Shown: piece after piece, positions 17,957 to 27,227 of the stretch
Layout of the letters: each line of letters begins with the position of its first letter
Numbering within the stretch: position 1 is the first letter of the stretch
IMG/VR virus record: IMGVR_UViG_3300032279_000009
Location: 1-31,376 of that record
DNA length: 31,376 bases
Source: a virus
Lineage: Duplodnaviria > Caudoviricetes
Direction: 5' to 3' (one strand)
Notes under the pieces: model-generated
Told to the model about the DNA's origin: nothing
The model's input: the letters and a program-made list of their open reading frames with translations, nothing else
The model's database searches: none
Program-made: the position numbers and the translations under genes

Positions 17957-20481
17957 TGTGGAGCTCCTATCGATTGTTGAAGTTCATTTTGCGCGTTTAT
18001 GGCAGTTTTTAGCTGCTCATGTTGCAAGCTGGCCGCATCACGCGTAAGCTCTGCCGACTTGAGTCTTTCTTGTGTCAAATTATTTTCAGTGTTCTTAACC
18101 ATGTCTGCATTGATCTTCATAGCATTCACACTGTCTTGTTGTTGAAGTTTTGCAACGCCAAGTTGTAAATCGCCTTGATCTTTGGCAGCACGTCGTTGTG
18201 TTTCTGCCATACTGGTTTGTACAAATGCTTGTGTTGCAGGATCCATAGGCGGTTGACCTTGCAATTGCTTCATTGCATCCATTGCCTTTTGAATGATAGG
18301 ACCAACCTGTTGGAAGTTTTCGCCAGTGTCTTGGTGTACATGTTGTGCAACTGCTGCCATCAACTTATCAGCCTCATGCGGCAATTGCTGTTCTTTAAGA
18401 ACATTAAATGGCCTGTTCAATGCAACGGAAGCATAGCTATCGAACTGGTTCAAATACCATAATGTTAAATGTTGCTTGATGTGCTCTAAGCATTGTGGAA
18501 TAAACACAGGCGCCATAATTGGGTTTGCCCCATACATAGGATCTTGCAAGTAATCCAAGTGCACTTGAATGTGAGCCAAGTGGTCTTGTTGTGGGAATGC
18601 ACCAACAGGTTTGCCTAATGTCATCGCCACGTTTTCCAGAGCTGGGTTCATCTCTTTCACGTTTTGCGGATCAGGTAAGACCTCGTTAACATCAGGCAAT
18701 TTAATTTGCTTAAGAATACGCTTCTCAACAGCAAGCCGATTGTATAAGTCAGGGTTGGCAGCAGCACGAGCAGCAAGCGTCTGAATTTGTGCATAACGTT
18801 GCGTTTCAGCAAAAATGTGCGGGTCGGAAACTGGAATGATGTCGGAGTTTCGTTCAAAATCTTCACGTGTAACACCAAGATCTTCAACAACCTCGCCTTT
18901 ACGCATGTCATCAAAGTACCAGCGATTTAAGCGGCCAAGAATCTTTAAAACACGAGCTTGACTTGTGTGCAACCTTGCATGAATTGCACTAAAAACCGCC
19001 GCGCCTTGCTCAATCAATGCTTGTGTTGTACCAACAGGTGCATTGCTACCAATATCGGCAATCTTCTCTTCGGATGTGGTTACAACGCCTTTAGCTGCAT
19101 TTGTTAACCAACCAAGCAACTCAAACAGAATTGGCGAAGGTGGGTTAAATGGCACAGGCATGGCGATCTTACGAACGTCGTCAACACCGGGAGCACCTTC
19201 AATTTCAGAAACCTGAGTTGGTTCTATCTGTAAGCTCTGACCAGAAATCTTCCCGCCTTTAAGCTTAAGCATCGTAGGTGTGTTGTTGATATGAGCACTA
19301 TCAAGCAAAGCACGTAAAGAACCAGTAAGTGCAGCACTGAGACCACCAATAAGGTGTGGTAACCCAATCGCATAGGCCCCTCGCCAAGGAATAAACTTAA
19401 ATTCGACCAACCAATCAAGCTTAGTGTATTCTTCATCGCCTTCTTCCCAGTTGCGATATAGGCCCACGACCTCCCGAGTAACCTCATCGAGCATCAAAAT
19501 ATATGGTGCACGAACCCCTTCTGACCTATTATCGCCATCAAGTTCTAACCAAACGTATATGTGAAACACCCGTCTGACACCATCGACGTTCATCGATTGG
19601 CTTTTTCTACCTTCGATCTTGTCGTTTGCCTTCTGCGCCTTGGATTCTTCAGGTTCTGCACTAGGACTATAAAAATCTACATCGACGTACAGGCCACGGG
19701 CAATTCGAAGTTCAAATTCGTCCTCAGTAATGTCATTTACCTCGGTTACACGGCTTGCAGTATAGAAATTGGCCGATGCGTAAGGTAGATATATGTTGTC
19801 GATAGGTATAAACTCAGCACAAGGCCTACGTCTACCTTCGTCGTACCACATTTTGAGGTACTGTGACCCGCCAAGAGGCTGCTGGGTTAACAACTGTTCA
19901 AGTTCGTCCTTGTATTCTTCGATCTGTTCGGTCAGTTGCCAATTCATGTAGTCGCGCTTGCGCTCGGCCCTAGAAGTCTTCTCTTCTGTGACTTCGCCTA
20001 TGATTTTGGTCTTAACAGGGCCGTCGGGTGGGAATAGTTCCTTAATCGCCCTTGCAGAGAAGTCAACGCAGGCCTCTGCCATGATCGGGTGGACCACTTT
20101 TGATGCGCCCATGAAAGTGGCACCACCCGGTGCATCATTTCCTAGCCCTGTCCTACGTAGACCTTCCTCGTATTGCTTGTCGCGCTCCTCACGAGCCTCT
20201 TTATCCTTCTCGATCAGGTCTAGATATGTGACAGCCAACCGATTTAGTTCAGTAGTGCTATAAGTCTCGGCTAAGTTGGCGTAGAAGTCATGATCTTCAT
20301 CCGGGCCGATGGATTCGTTGTCCATCTTAATGATGGCCGACCCATCTTCTAGCTCTTCGACCGAATCGTCGGTGTTGTTAAAGATCTCGAAGACCGAAGG
20401 ATTGGACTCCTCATCATCTTTATCGTCAACTGGGTCGATAAAGCGGTCGTAATCCTGTGGAATCGGCATCTCTGTGGCCAT
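17953..20481 (-). CDS. Portal protein (long, podovirus type), 842 aa
   Basis: Motifs GASKVVHPIMAEACVDF, FIPWRGAYAIGLPHLIGGL and NAPVGTTQALIEQG, plus a helical C-terminal extension. It lies between the terminase and scaffold. Confidence 0.85.
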   Translation of the reverse strand: MATEMPIPQDYDRFIDPVDDKDDEESNPSVFEIFNNTDDSVEELEDGSAIIKMDNESIGPDEDHDFYANLAETYSTTELNRLAVTYLDLIEKDKEAREERDKQYEEGLRRTGLGNDAPGGATFMGASKVVHPIMAEACVDFSARAIKELFPPDGPVKTKIIGEVTEEKTSRAERKRDYMNWQLTEQIEEYKDELEQLLTQQPLGGSQYLKMWYDEGRRRPCAEFIPIDNIYLPYASANFYTASRVTEVNDITEDEFELRIARGLYVDVDFYSPSAEPEESKAQKANDKIEGRKSQSMNVDGVRRVFHIYVWLELDGDNRSEGVRAPYILMLDEVTREVVGLYRNWEEGDEEYTKLDWLVEFKFIPWRGAYAIGLPHLIGGLSAALTGSLRALLDSAHINNTPTMLKLKGGKISGQSLQIEPTQVSEIEGAPGVDDVRKIAMPVPFNPPSPILFELLGWLTNAAKGVVTTSEEKIADIGSNAPVGTTQALIEQGAAVFSAIHARLHTSQARVLKILGRLNRWYFDDMRKGEVVEDLGVTREDFERNSDIIPVSDPHIFAETQRYAQIQTLAARAAANPDLYNRLAVEKRILKQIKLPDVNEVLPDPQNVKEMNPALENVAMTLGKPVGAFPQQDHLAHIQVHLDYLQDPMYGANPIMAPVFIPQCLEHIKQHLTLWYLNQFDSYASVALNRPFNVLKEQQLPHEADKLMAAVAQHVHQDTGENFQQVGPIIQKAMDAMKQLQGQPPMDPATQAFVQTSMAETQRRAAKDQGDLQLGVAKLQQQDSVNAMKINADMVKNTENNLTQERLKSAELTRDAASLQHEQLKTAINAQNELQQSIGAPQ

Positions 20482-20482
20482 A

Positions 20483-23400
20483 TTATGCTCTCCGCATTAT
20501 AAGTTCATACTGCATTTGGTCAGTGCTAGGGATTTGTTGGACTCTACCACCTTTTGCATATTCCTGTGGGGGCTCATCTAAATACTCTTGGCGTAGATAT
20601 AAAAGTCTATTACGCAACGCTTCACGAATACCAGGCGTTAACTCTTCTCCTTGCCACAACCCATAAATTTCGTCTTCGCCATCGTTTAATTCTTCAAGGG
20701 CTCTATCAATCTCACGAATTGCAGCAGGGCGCCCGTTGTCATCAACTATTTCTTCAAGAGCATCATTAAAAAAGTCAACGGCGTCTTGCGCTTCATTTGC
20801 ATCTTGATCAGTAATAATTAGTTGCTGTGCTGTCTGTGCTGGCTGTGCTGGCTGTGCTGGCTGTGTTGGCTGTGCTACAACTTGCTGGGGTTCATTTTCT
20901 TCAAGATGTCGTTCTAAGTATCGAGCCAAGTACTCTCGTTGCATAGGAATAAAGTTTTCCCATCCGCCTATTGCATATTGTCTAACTAAACCGACAATGT
21001 TTCTAATTTCATCTGGGCTATTAACAGCAGTGATTTGAGCAGCTAAGCTAATGACGTTATGCGCGCTTGTTGCAGGCAACTGAGCAGTCATCTCATTAGT
21101 GCGCATTCCTCGAATGCTTGGAGGAATGTTTCGGCTTTGTGCAATCTGTTGCTGAGGTTGCGTACGTGCGTTGAATTCAGTATTAAACTCGTCTTCTAAG
21201 CGTTGCGCAATGTCTTGCAATGCTTGCTCAGCAAAACCAGCAACATCTGCTGGAAGATTTCGACTGACTGTTCTGTTACGACGCAAGTGCTGTATGACTC
21301 CATGTGGGTCATCCGCAAAGCTCATGTGAACCAGCATGTCTTCGATGACGCGGCTTACACGTTCACCAATGGCTTCCCCATAGATACGAAACACATTACG
21401 CATTTCGTCGTCGATGATAAGGCCTGCTTGATCGTCGTCAATGTATACGTTATCGTCAACTACAGGTGGTGTATTGCGTATAAGCCTATTGTCTATGTCA
21501 TCTGCAACAGCGTTCATTGCATTCTGACGCTCTGTCGTAGGCATAGCTCGAAATGCTGCATGATCAATTGTGCCATTACGTAGTGCAAATATCGTACTTT
21601 CAATTGCAGGCACGTTAGGCGTGCCATCTGGGCTCATGTCGGCATACATCAACTCATTTGCAAGATTATTGATAGTTGGTTGGATTGACTGTACATATTC
21701 TGATGGTCCACGAGCCAGATCTACTGCATCAACCGGGGGAGGTGTGTTAGGCACGGCATCTTCAGGCTCTAAGTCTTCAAGTTGCGTACGTACATGAGCT
21801 GCCTCAAATTCATCAGCAAGCTCATTTAAGCTAACTTCAACCTGCATAGAGTCTTCAGTGTTTGCGGCTTGACGAAGAGATTGCGCATACTCAAGCGGGT
21901 TTGCGCGTGGGTTAATGTTCTCTGCAACTCGAAAAGCAACAGTCTCAACGCGCTCTGCCACTTGCATACTAACGTCTCTACGAAGTGTTTGAATAAAGTC
22001 GCCTATGTCAGGCGTTTGTGCTTGTGGTTGTGGTTGTGCAGGTTGTTGTGCAGCATGACTTATCATTGCTTGAGCAACTTGCTCACGAGCTTGTATTAGT
22101 CCTTGTAAGAACTGATCAGTTTGCTGCATTGTCAAACCGCCTACAGTCTCTCGTCTGTCAACTAACCCTTCAATATTACGAATTCTTTCACTAATATCGT
22201 TTATCAATTCACCACCGATTACAGTAGGCGTCTCACCTCTGCCTTGTGCATCAATGGTGATGCTATCCATCATGTTCCTGATTGCATACAAACTTGCGCT
22301 TACTTGAGGATCTGGGTGCTGCAATGCAGTAACATACGCACTTACCATGTCTTGTCTAAGCGTATTACGAGGAGCAGCTGTGGCAGCAGACAAAGCTCTT
22401 ATCGTGTCAGTTACATCCCTGGCAATCAATTCACGCTCAACAGGCGTTAAGTTCATTAGATTATGAGGGCCAATTTGCCGACCATCAATAATTTCTTGGA
22501 CAACTTCGCTTGGCTCTCGTTCGTTTAGTCGAATCTCGCGTATTGCTCGTCCTGTGATGTCGTCAAATCTTGTCGTGTCGCCTACGGCAGCAGCAAGGTC
22601 AGCATACGACATATTTGCTGCTTGATCAGATCGAATGGCCAACATCGGGTTTTCAGTCGCAGGCTGTTGTGCAGGTGAAAGCTCAGCAATCAGCTCATTC
22701 AGTCGTGGAATCATGCCATTTGACACAACAGCATTAAGCGCGTTCAGTGTTCTAGGCGGCGTCTGTCGATCATTAGTGGCATCCGTCACCTGTTGTGTTA
22801 AATACCTACGCGCATCTCTTAAACTTTGGACCAGATTATTAGGGTCAAAGTTTACAGTCGCTTGAAACACAAGATTCTGTAACACAACAGCTTCTGGATC
22901 AATTGCAAGTTGTATATCAGCCAATGTGCGAAAAACGACATCACGCGTTATGTTTGTTGGTGCTTGCTGTGGCGCAAGCTGTTGCTGTTGCTGTTGTGCC
23001 CTTGCAAGTCGAGCATCGATGTCAGCAATTTCATGCTGAATATCGTAAATCATCGTTTGCATCTCTTCTTGGTGCAAGCCTAACTCAGTTAATGAAGCCA
23101 GCTCTTCTTCCAGCACGTTTCGAGCTTGTGTTAGTCCGCGAATATTGTCAGGCTCTCTAGCATTTGCACTACTTGCAGGCGATGCGATAGCTTGCTTAAG
23201 ATCTTCAACACTAAAGAATCGCGGCAATAATGTCAAGATGTCTGGGTCGTCTTTTAGTGCTTGCTTGTCAGTTGTACTTAGCGATGAGCGAGCAAATGTC
23301 AAACTTGTCTTAGTGTCTTTGTCGTACAACCCATATCGATTCTCTAAGTCATTAGGGCTATCAAGCCTAAACCCTCTTAGTTGTTCTGATCCCTTACCTT

Positions 23401-25810
23401 CGTTCACACTGTTTAAAAATGCTTTTACTGAATCTCTATACTCAGGCTTAATGGCTTCACTGTTGTTAAAGCCTGACAAGTATTCTGTAGCCCATGGCCC
23501 TCTATCTCTTGGTAACCAGCTAATCGTTGTAATGGGATAGCCTGTTTCAGTATCACGTAAGCTGGCTACAACGTATCTGCCATCTGCAATTCTTTCTCCG
23601 TAACGTGTGTGCGTTCGTGTAGCCTTGGGGTTCTTTACGCCAGATGCTGGGTCATACATAGGCACCCAACCGTGCGTTTTTCCTGTTAACTTGCTCTTAG
23701 ATTTACTTTGTCCTGCTTCACCAATACAATGATCCAAGATTGCAGTGTCTTGGCTTGCAAGTTCGTCGATGTTATTAAGCGATAAGCTATCATCTAAGAA
23801 TATAGCGCCAAGCTTTCCAAACACTCGGTCATTTGGTACTCGTGAAACGATGTCTAAGAATCGTGCGTTAGCATTTCCAACATAGTTTCTTTCTGCTTCT
23901 TTTCTGCCTGCATACGCCACGGCTTGCTGTTGTGAATACTTACGAGCTAGAGGCGTAAAGTCAGTTAGTTTAGGCACAAGATCAAGTGGTATCTTTCCAC
24001 TCATAATGTCTTCAGCAACTCGCTTGCCTAAAGCCATTGTGTCTAGCGGGCCTGCGCCAATCTGATAAACCTTCTGATCAGCACGTTGCTTCATAAGCTT
24101 AGGGTAGAACTGCTCATTTTGCTTAGTAATTTTTGCTTGTGCACCAGAGGCTGTGTATGGCGTAATTGCTTGATCAGCCAAGTCTTCGTATGCTTGCCCT
24201 AGCTTATTGTTCTCGATCTTTTGCTCTAAGTTTCTAACAACGGCTTCATCCTTTTCTTTCTTGGCTCTGTTCTCGTTGAAGTCCGGGAACATAAGATGAG
24301 CTGATTGCCCAGGACCAGCAGCTGCTTGTTGTTCTGCATACACTTGTTGTGACGCATTAGCCACTTGTCTTGCTTGATCAAGTTGTGCTTGTAGCTCAAG
24401 ACCTTTTTCGTAAGATGTGCCCTTTGCCGGAAAGCCTTCGGCAATGCGACGACTTTCGGCAACGCCAGTAAGCGGGTTCTCAGCTTCGCTTTCAAACAAT
24501 GATTCAGGCTCTATAACTGTTTTGCCTTCTTGTGCAAGCAACAACTGAGGATCGCTCGGTGTACCTAGATGCTTGGACACCCAAGGCACATACTGATCTT
24601 GCATCATGGTTTGTACAGCTGCAACTCGTTGCTGATACTCGTTAAATGTTGGCAACTTGTACTGAGGATGTGATTGCGCAAATCGATTTAGCAAGTCTTG
24701 TTGGCGCTGTTCTTTTGCCACAGGATCCGAATATAGCGCTTCAGCGGCAGCTCTAGCATCTTCTATTCGCATGTTGGGGAACATTTGTCCTAGTTCTGCA
24801 TCATTGAAGTCTTTGAGAGCTTGCTTAACTTCACGATCGGCAGTTGCCAGATAGCGATTTACGTATTGTCTGGTTGTTTGTTGTCTATCACCAATATCCA
24901 AACTGTCAAGTACGTTTACCGCAGCTCTTCGTTGCTGGTCAAATGGGTCGACTCGTAAGTCAGGGCTTACGGTAGGCGGAACCTTAGGCACAATGGCTTG
25001 GCTCTTATCAGGCCGAATTGCATAAGACCGTGTTTCAGGCTGCAATTCAGCAGGTAGACCAGGAATCGGAGTTAACCCCTGCATCTTGCGACGTTCCATT
25101 GTCTCAGCAAGCGATTCAGCCGTGCCTTGCAACTTGGCGCCAAAAGTCGGCTTGTTAGTAATCGGATCAAGACGTGTAAAGCCGCTTTGTGCATTTACAA
25201 AGTCGGTCGGTATGTCACGAACTTGTGTACCAACTCGATTTGCTTCACCTAACAATGCTCTTGTATCATCTGGCGTGAGCATTGGACGACGTTCGCCAGA
25301 TGCGGCAAACCCTGAGCCACGTGGTCCGATCGGTACAGGCGGCAACTTAAGGTCGTCAAACAGGAACTTAGTCACGCCTTGCTGAATTGCTTGGCCACCT
25401 GGTGTTCGTGCTTGCAATGGTTCAGAATACTTTTCAATCAGCTTATTGACATCCGGCAATTGAGCACGCTCATTAGCCACTCTAGCTGCATTCTCTTCGT
25501 CGCCTGACAACTTGTACAAAGCTTCGGCGCCTAGCTTGTTGACGTTAGATAAACCTGCTTCGCCAACAGCTTGCCATACAGGGACGATAGCCGCAGGTGA
25601 AAAAGACACGCCTATTCGACCTACGTCTTTTACTGCTTCTCGTGCCTCAAACCCCTTTTTAATCGCAGTACCTAATGGGTTACTAATAACTTCGTTAAAC
25701 ATGTTAACAACTTCATCAAGCGGTCGTCCTCGCTTAGTTAGCTCATACTGCATCTGATCGATGCTGGGTTCGTCTCCTGGCACATAATTGCCGAGTGCGT
25801 CATAAGGCAT
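20483..25810 (-). CDS. 1775-aa protein, probably virion-internal or ejected, with a PcfJ-like HC domain and a lysine-free C-terminal half
   Basis: Long intact ORF overlapping the TerL stop and abutting the portal start. It has LDHCIG...Y...ASLRD..G.P.TTI around residues 690-770 and a C-terminal YAKGGRV. Confidence 0.8.
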   Translation of the reverse strand: MPYDALGNYVPGDEPSIDQMQYELTKRGRPLDEVVNMFNEVISNPLGTAIKKGFEAREAVKDVGRIGVSFSPAAIVPVWQAVGEAGLSNVNKLGAEALYKLSGDEENAARVANERAQLPDVNKLIEKYSEPLQARTPGGQAIQQGVTKFLFDDLKLPPVPIGPRGSGFAASGERRPMLTPDDTRALLGEANRVGTQVRDIPTDFVNAQSGFTRLDPITNKPTFGAKLQGTAESLAETMERRKMQGLTPIPGLPAELQPETRSYAIRPDKSQAIVPKVPPTVSPDLRVDPFDQQRRAAVNVLDSLDIGDRQQTTRQYVNRYLATADREVKQALKDFNDAELGQMFPNMRIEDARAAAEALYSDPVAKEQRQQDLLNRFAQSHPQYKLPTFNEYQQRVAAVQTMMQDQYVPWVSKHLGTPSDPQLLLAQEGKTVIEPESLFESEAENPLTGVAESRRIAEGFPAKGTSYEKGLELQAQLDQARQVANASQQVYAEQQAAAGPGQSAHLMFPDFNENRAKKEKDEAVVRNLEQKIENNKLGQAYEDLADQAITPYTASGAQAKITKQNEQFYPKLMKQRADQKVYQIGAGPLDTMALGKRVAEDIMSGKIPLDLVPKLTDFTPLARKYSQQQAVAYAGRKEAERNYVGNANARFLDIVSRVPNDRVFGKLGAIFLDDSLSLNNIDELASQDTAILDHCIGEAGQSKSKSKLTGKTHGWVPMYDPASGVKNPKATRTHTRYGERIADGRYVVASLRDTETGYPITTISWLPRDRGPWATEYLSGFNNSEAIKPEYRDSVKAFLNSVNEGKGSEQLRGFRLDSPNDLENRYGLYDKDTKTSLTFARSSLSTTDKQALKDDPDILTLLPRFFSVEDLKQAIASPASSANAREPDNIRGLTQARNVLEEELASLTELGLHQEEMQTMIYDIQHEIADIDARLARAQQQQQQLAPQQAPTNITRDVVFRTLADIQLAIDPEAVVLQNLVFQATVNFDPNNLVQSLRDARRYLTQQVTDATNDRQTPPRTLNALNAVVSNGMIPRLNELIAELSPAQQPATENPMLAIRSDQAANMSYADLAAAVGDTTRFDDITGRAIREIRLNEREPSEVVQEIIDGRQIGPHNLMNLTPVERELIARDVTDTIRALSAATAAPRNTLRQDMVSAYVTALQHPDPQVSASLYAIRNMMDSITIDAQGRGETPTVIGGELINDISERIRNIEGLVDRRETVGGLTMQQTDQFLQGLIQAREQVAQAMISHAAQQPAQPQPQAQTPDIGDFIQTLRRDVSMQVAERVETVAFRVAENINPRANPLEYAQSLRQAANTEDSMQVEVSLNELADEFEAAHVRTQLEDLEPEDAVPNTPPPVDAVDLARGPSEYVQSIQPTINNLANELMYADMSPDGTPNVPAIESTIFALRNGTIDHAAFRAMPTTERQNAMNAVADDIDNRLIRNTPPVVDDNVYIDDDQAGLIIDDEMRNVFRIYGEAIGERVSRVIEDMLVHMSFADDPHGVIQHLRRNRTVSRNLPADVAGFAEQALQDIAQRLEDEFNTEFNARTQPQQQIAQSRNIPPSIRGMRTNEMTAQLPATSAHNVISLAAQITAVNSPDEIRNIVGLVRQYAIGGWENFIPMQREYLARYLERHLEENEPQQVVAQPTQPAQPAQPAQTAQQLIITDQDANEAQDAVDFFNDALEEIVDDNGRPAAIREIDRALEELNDGEDEIYGLWQGEELTPGIREALRNRLLYLRQEYLDEPPQEYAKGGRVQQIPSTDQMQYELIMRRA
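20825..20876. repeat. About 6 copies of a 9-bp tandem repeat encoding an AQP linker
   Basis: ctgtgctgt ctgtgctgg ctgtgctgg ctgtgctgg ctgtgttgg ctgtgct encodes AQPTQPAQPAQPAQTAQ. Confidence 0.9.
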
Positions 25811-27227
25811 ATGGGTTTACCCTCATCGGTCGATCCTCATCGTACGAGTCGTTCGGATCATACACCGGATCAATGTTGATGAGCCCCATGTCACGCAAAA
25901 TACGTAGTGCTTGTGAAGTCGAGTCGGTTAGGTCGTCATGACGTACTTCCGGGAACGAACACAACTGGCTAACCAGCACCTCGGCCCAGTCTCTTGGCAT
26001 GCCTTCATTCCTCGTAGACTCTGGTATGTAGACCCTGCCTCGTTGTATCAAAGGCGCCACCAAGTTAAGCCGTGTCATCTTGTCTGCGTTTCCAGGGTTG
26101 TACCCACGAACAGGCAACCCAGCTCGTTGCAAGTCTTGCAGTAGACTGATGCCTGCCGACTTGTCTTCGATCAGTATCAGGTCTACCTTCTTTCCGTTTC
26201 CGAACTCGTTCTCATCGCCATAGATCGATGTCGACTCGTCGATGACTTTGGACCGAAGATCTGGGTACTGTATGTACTCCTCCCAACAGTCGATCAACAT
26301 GACTGCCATCTTCTTGTCAGCACTTGGCTTGAAGACGCCCCAAACGGTGCATGCAGTCGGGTCGTTGGCTGTCTTCTCGCTAGTCGCACAGTCGTAGGAC
26401 TGAACCACGTACTCGAACTGTGGCAACGGCTTCTCAGCTGGCCATAGCTTGAACCAGTCACGCTTGATGATGCCTGACTCTTCGGGGTCGATGATCTCAG
26501 CATAGATCTCTTGGCGCCCCAGTTTCGTCCCTTCGTACTGCATAATGTTCGCCTTAAAGCTTGGCGCCAAGTTATGCATGTTGTCATACGTCGTTGCTGT
26601 CGTATAGATGACGTCTTCACCGTCACGGTTTGCCAAGTCAACGATCAATGGCTTCGGCTTCGGTGTCGTAGTACAAATGATGCGTGGCTGATTGCCAAGT
26701 CGCATGCCGAATTGCAACATGTTCCACGCTTCGTCAAGGTAGTGCCAAGCTGCCAACTCATCAAGCCAACCACCATGAAACTGCGGACCACGAAAGCGTT
26801 CAGGCTCAGATGCCGCAATGCCTTTGATGATCGACCCATTGACCAGTGTGATTTCATGTTGTGATTTGTTGTAGTTGTCGATGAGCACTGCTGGGATGAC
26901 GCTCATCAGCCCTGAATCACCCTCATAGCACACATCGCGAACGTCGCCTGACGTTGGTGCCGAGACTAGCCATCTGGTCTTTGGCTTCGTCCAAGCTTCC
27001 CACCACGCCCATTCAGCAGCGCACCGAGTTTTACCTGCGCCACGACCGGCAAGCAAGAGCCAAATGCTCCACCACTTGCCCTTAGGCGTGATTTGATGAT
27101 TGCTGGCTATTGACAGCCACTTAAGTCGCGCTTTAATCGCTGCTTGCCATTCAGGGCTCGCATGATTTAAGTTCGGCCCTGCTTGTAAGCGTTGGGCGAA
27201 CTGTTCAGCTATTGACTGACTTAGCAT
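25800..27227 (-). CDS. terL: Terminase large subunit, 475 aa
   Basis: Walker A AGRGAGKT, Walker B GWLDE, motif III TTTP, and nuclease acidic motifs SYD and HDDLTDS. Confidence 0.95.
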   Translation of the reverse strand: MLSQSIAEQFAQRLQAGPNLNHASPEWQAAIKARLKWLSIASNHQITPKGKWWSIWLLLAGRGAGKTRCAAEWAWWEAWTKPKTRWLVSAPTSGDVRDVCYEGDSGLMSVIPAVLIDNYNKSQHEITLVNGSIIKGIAASEPERFRGPQFHGGWLDELAAWHYLDEAWNMLQFGMRLGNQPRIICTTTPKPKPLIVDLANRDGEDVIYTTATTYDNMHNLAPSFKANIMQYEGTKLGRQEIYAEIIDPEESGIIKRDWFKLWPAEKPLPQFEYVVQSYDCATSEKTANDPTACTVWGVFKPSADKKMAVMLIDCWEEYIQYPDLRSKVIDESTSIYGDENEFGNGKKVDLILIEDKSAGISLLQDLQRAGLPVRGYNPGNADKMTRLNLVAPLIQRGRVYIPESTRNEGMPRDWAEVLVSQLCSFPEVRHDDLTDSTSQALRILRDMGLINIDPVYDPNDSYDEDRPMRVNPYAL

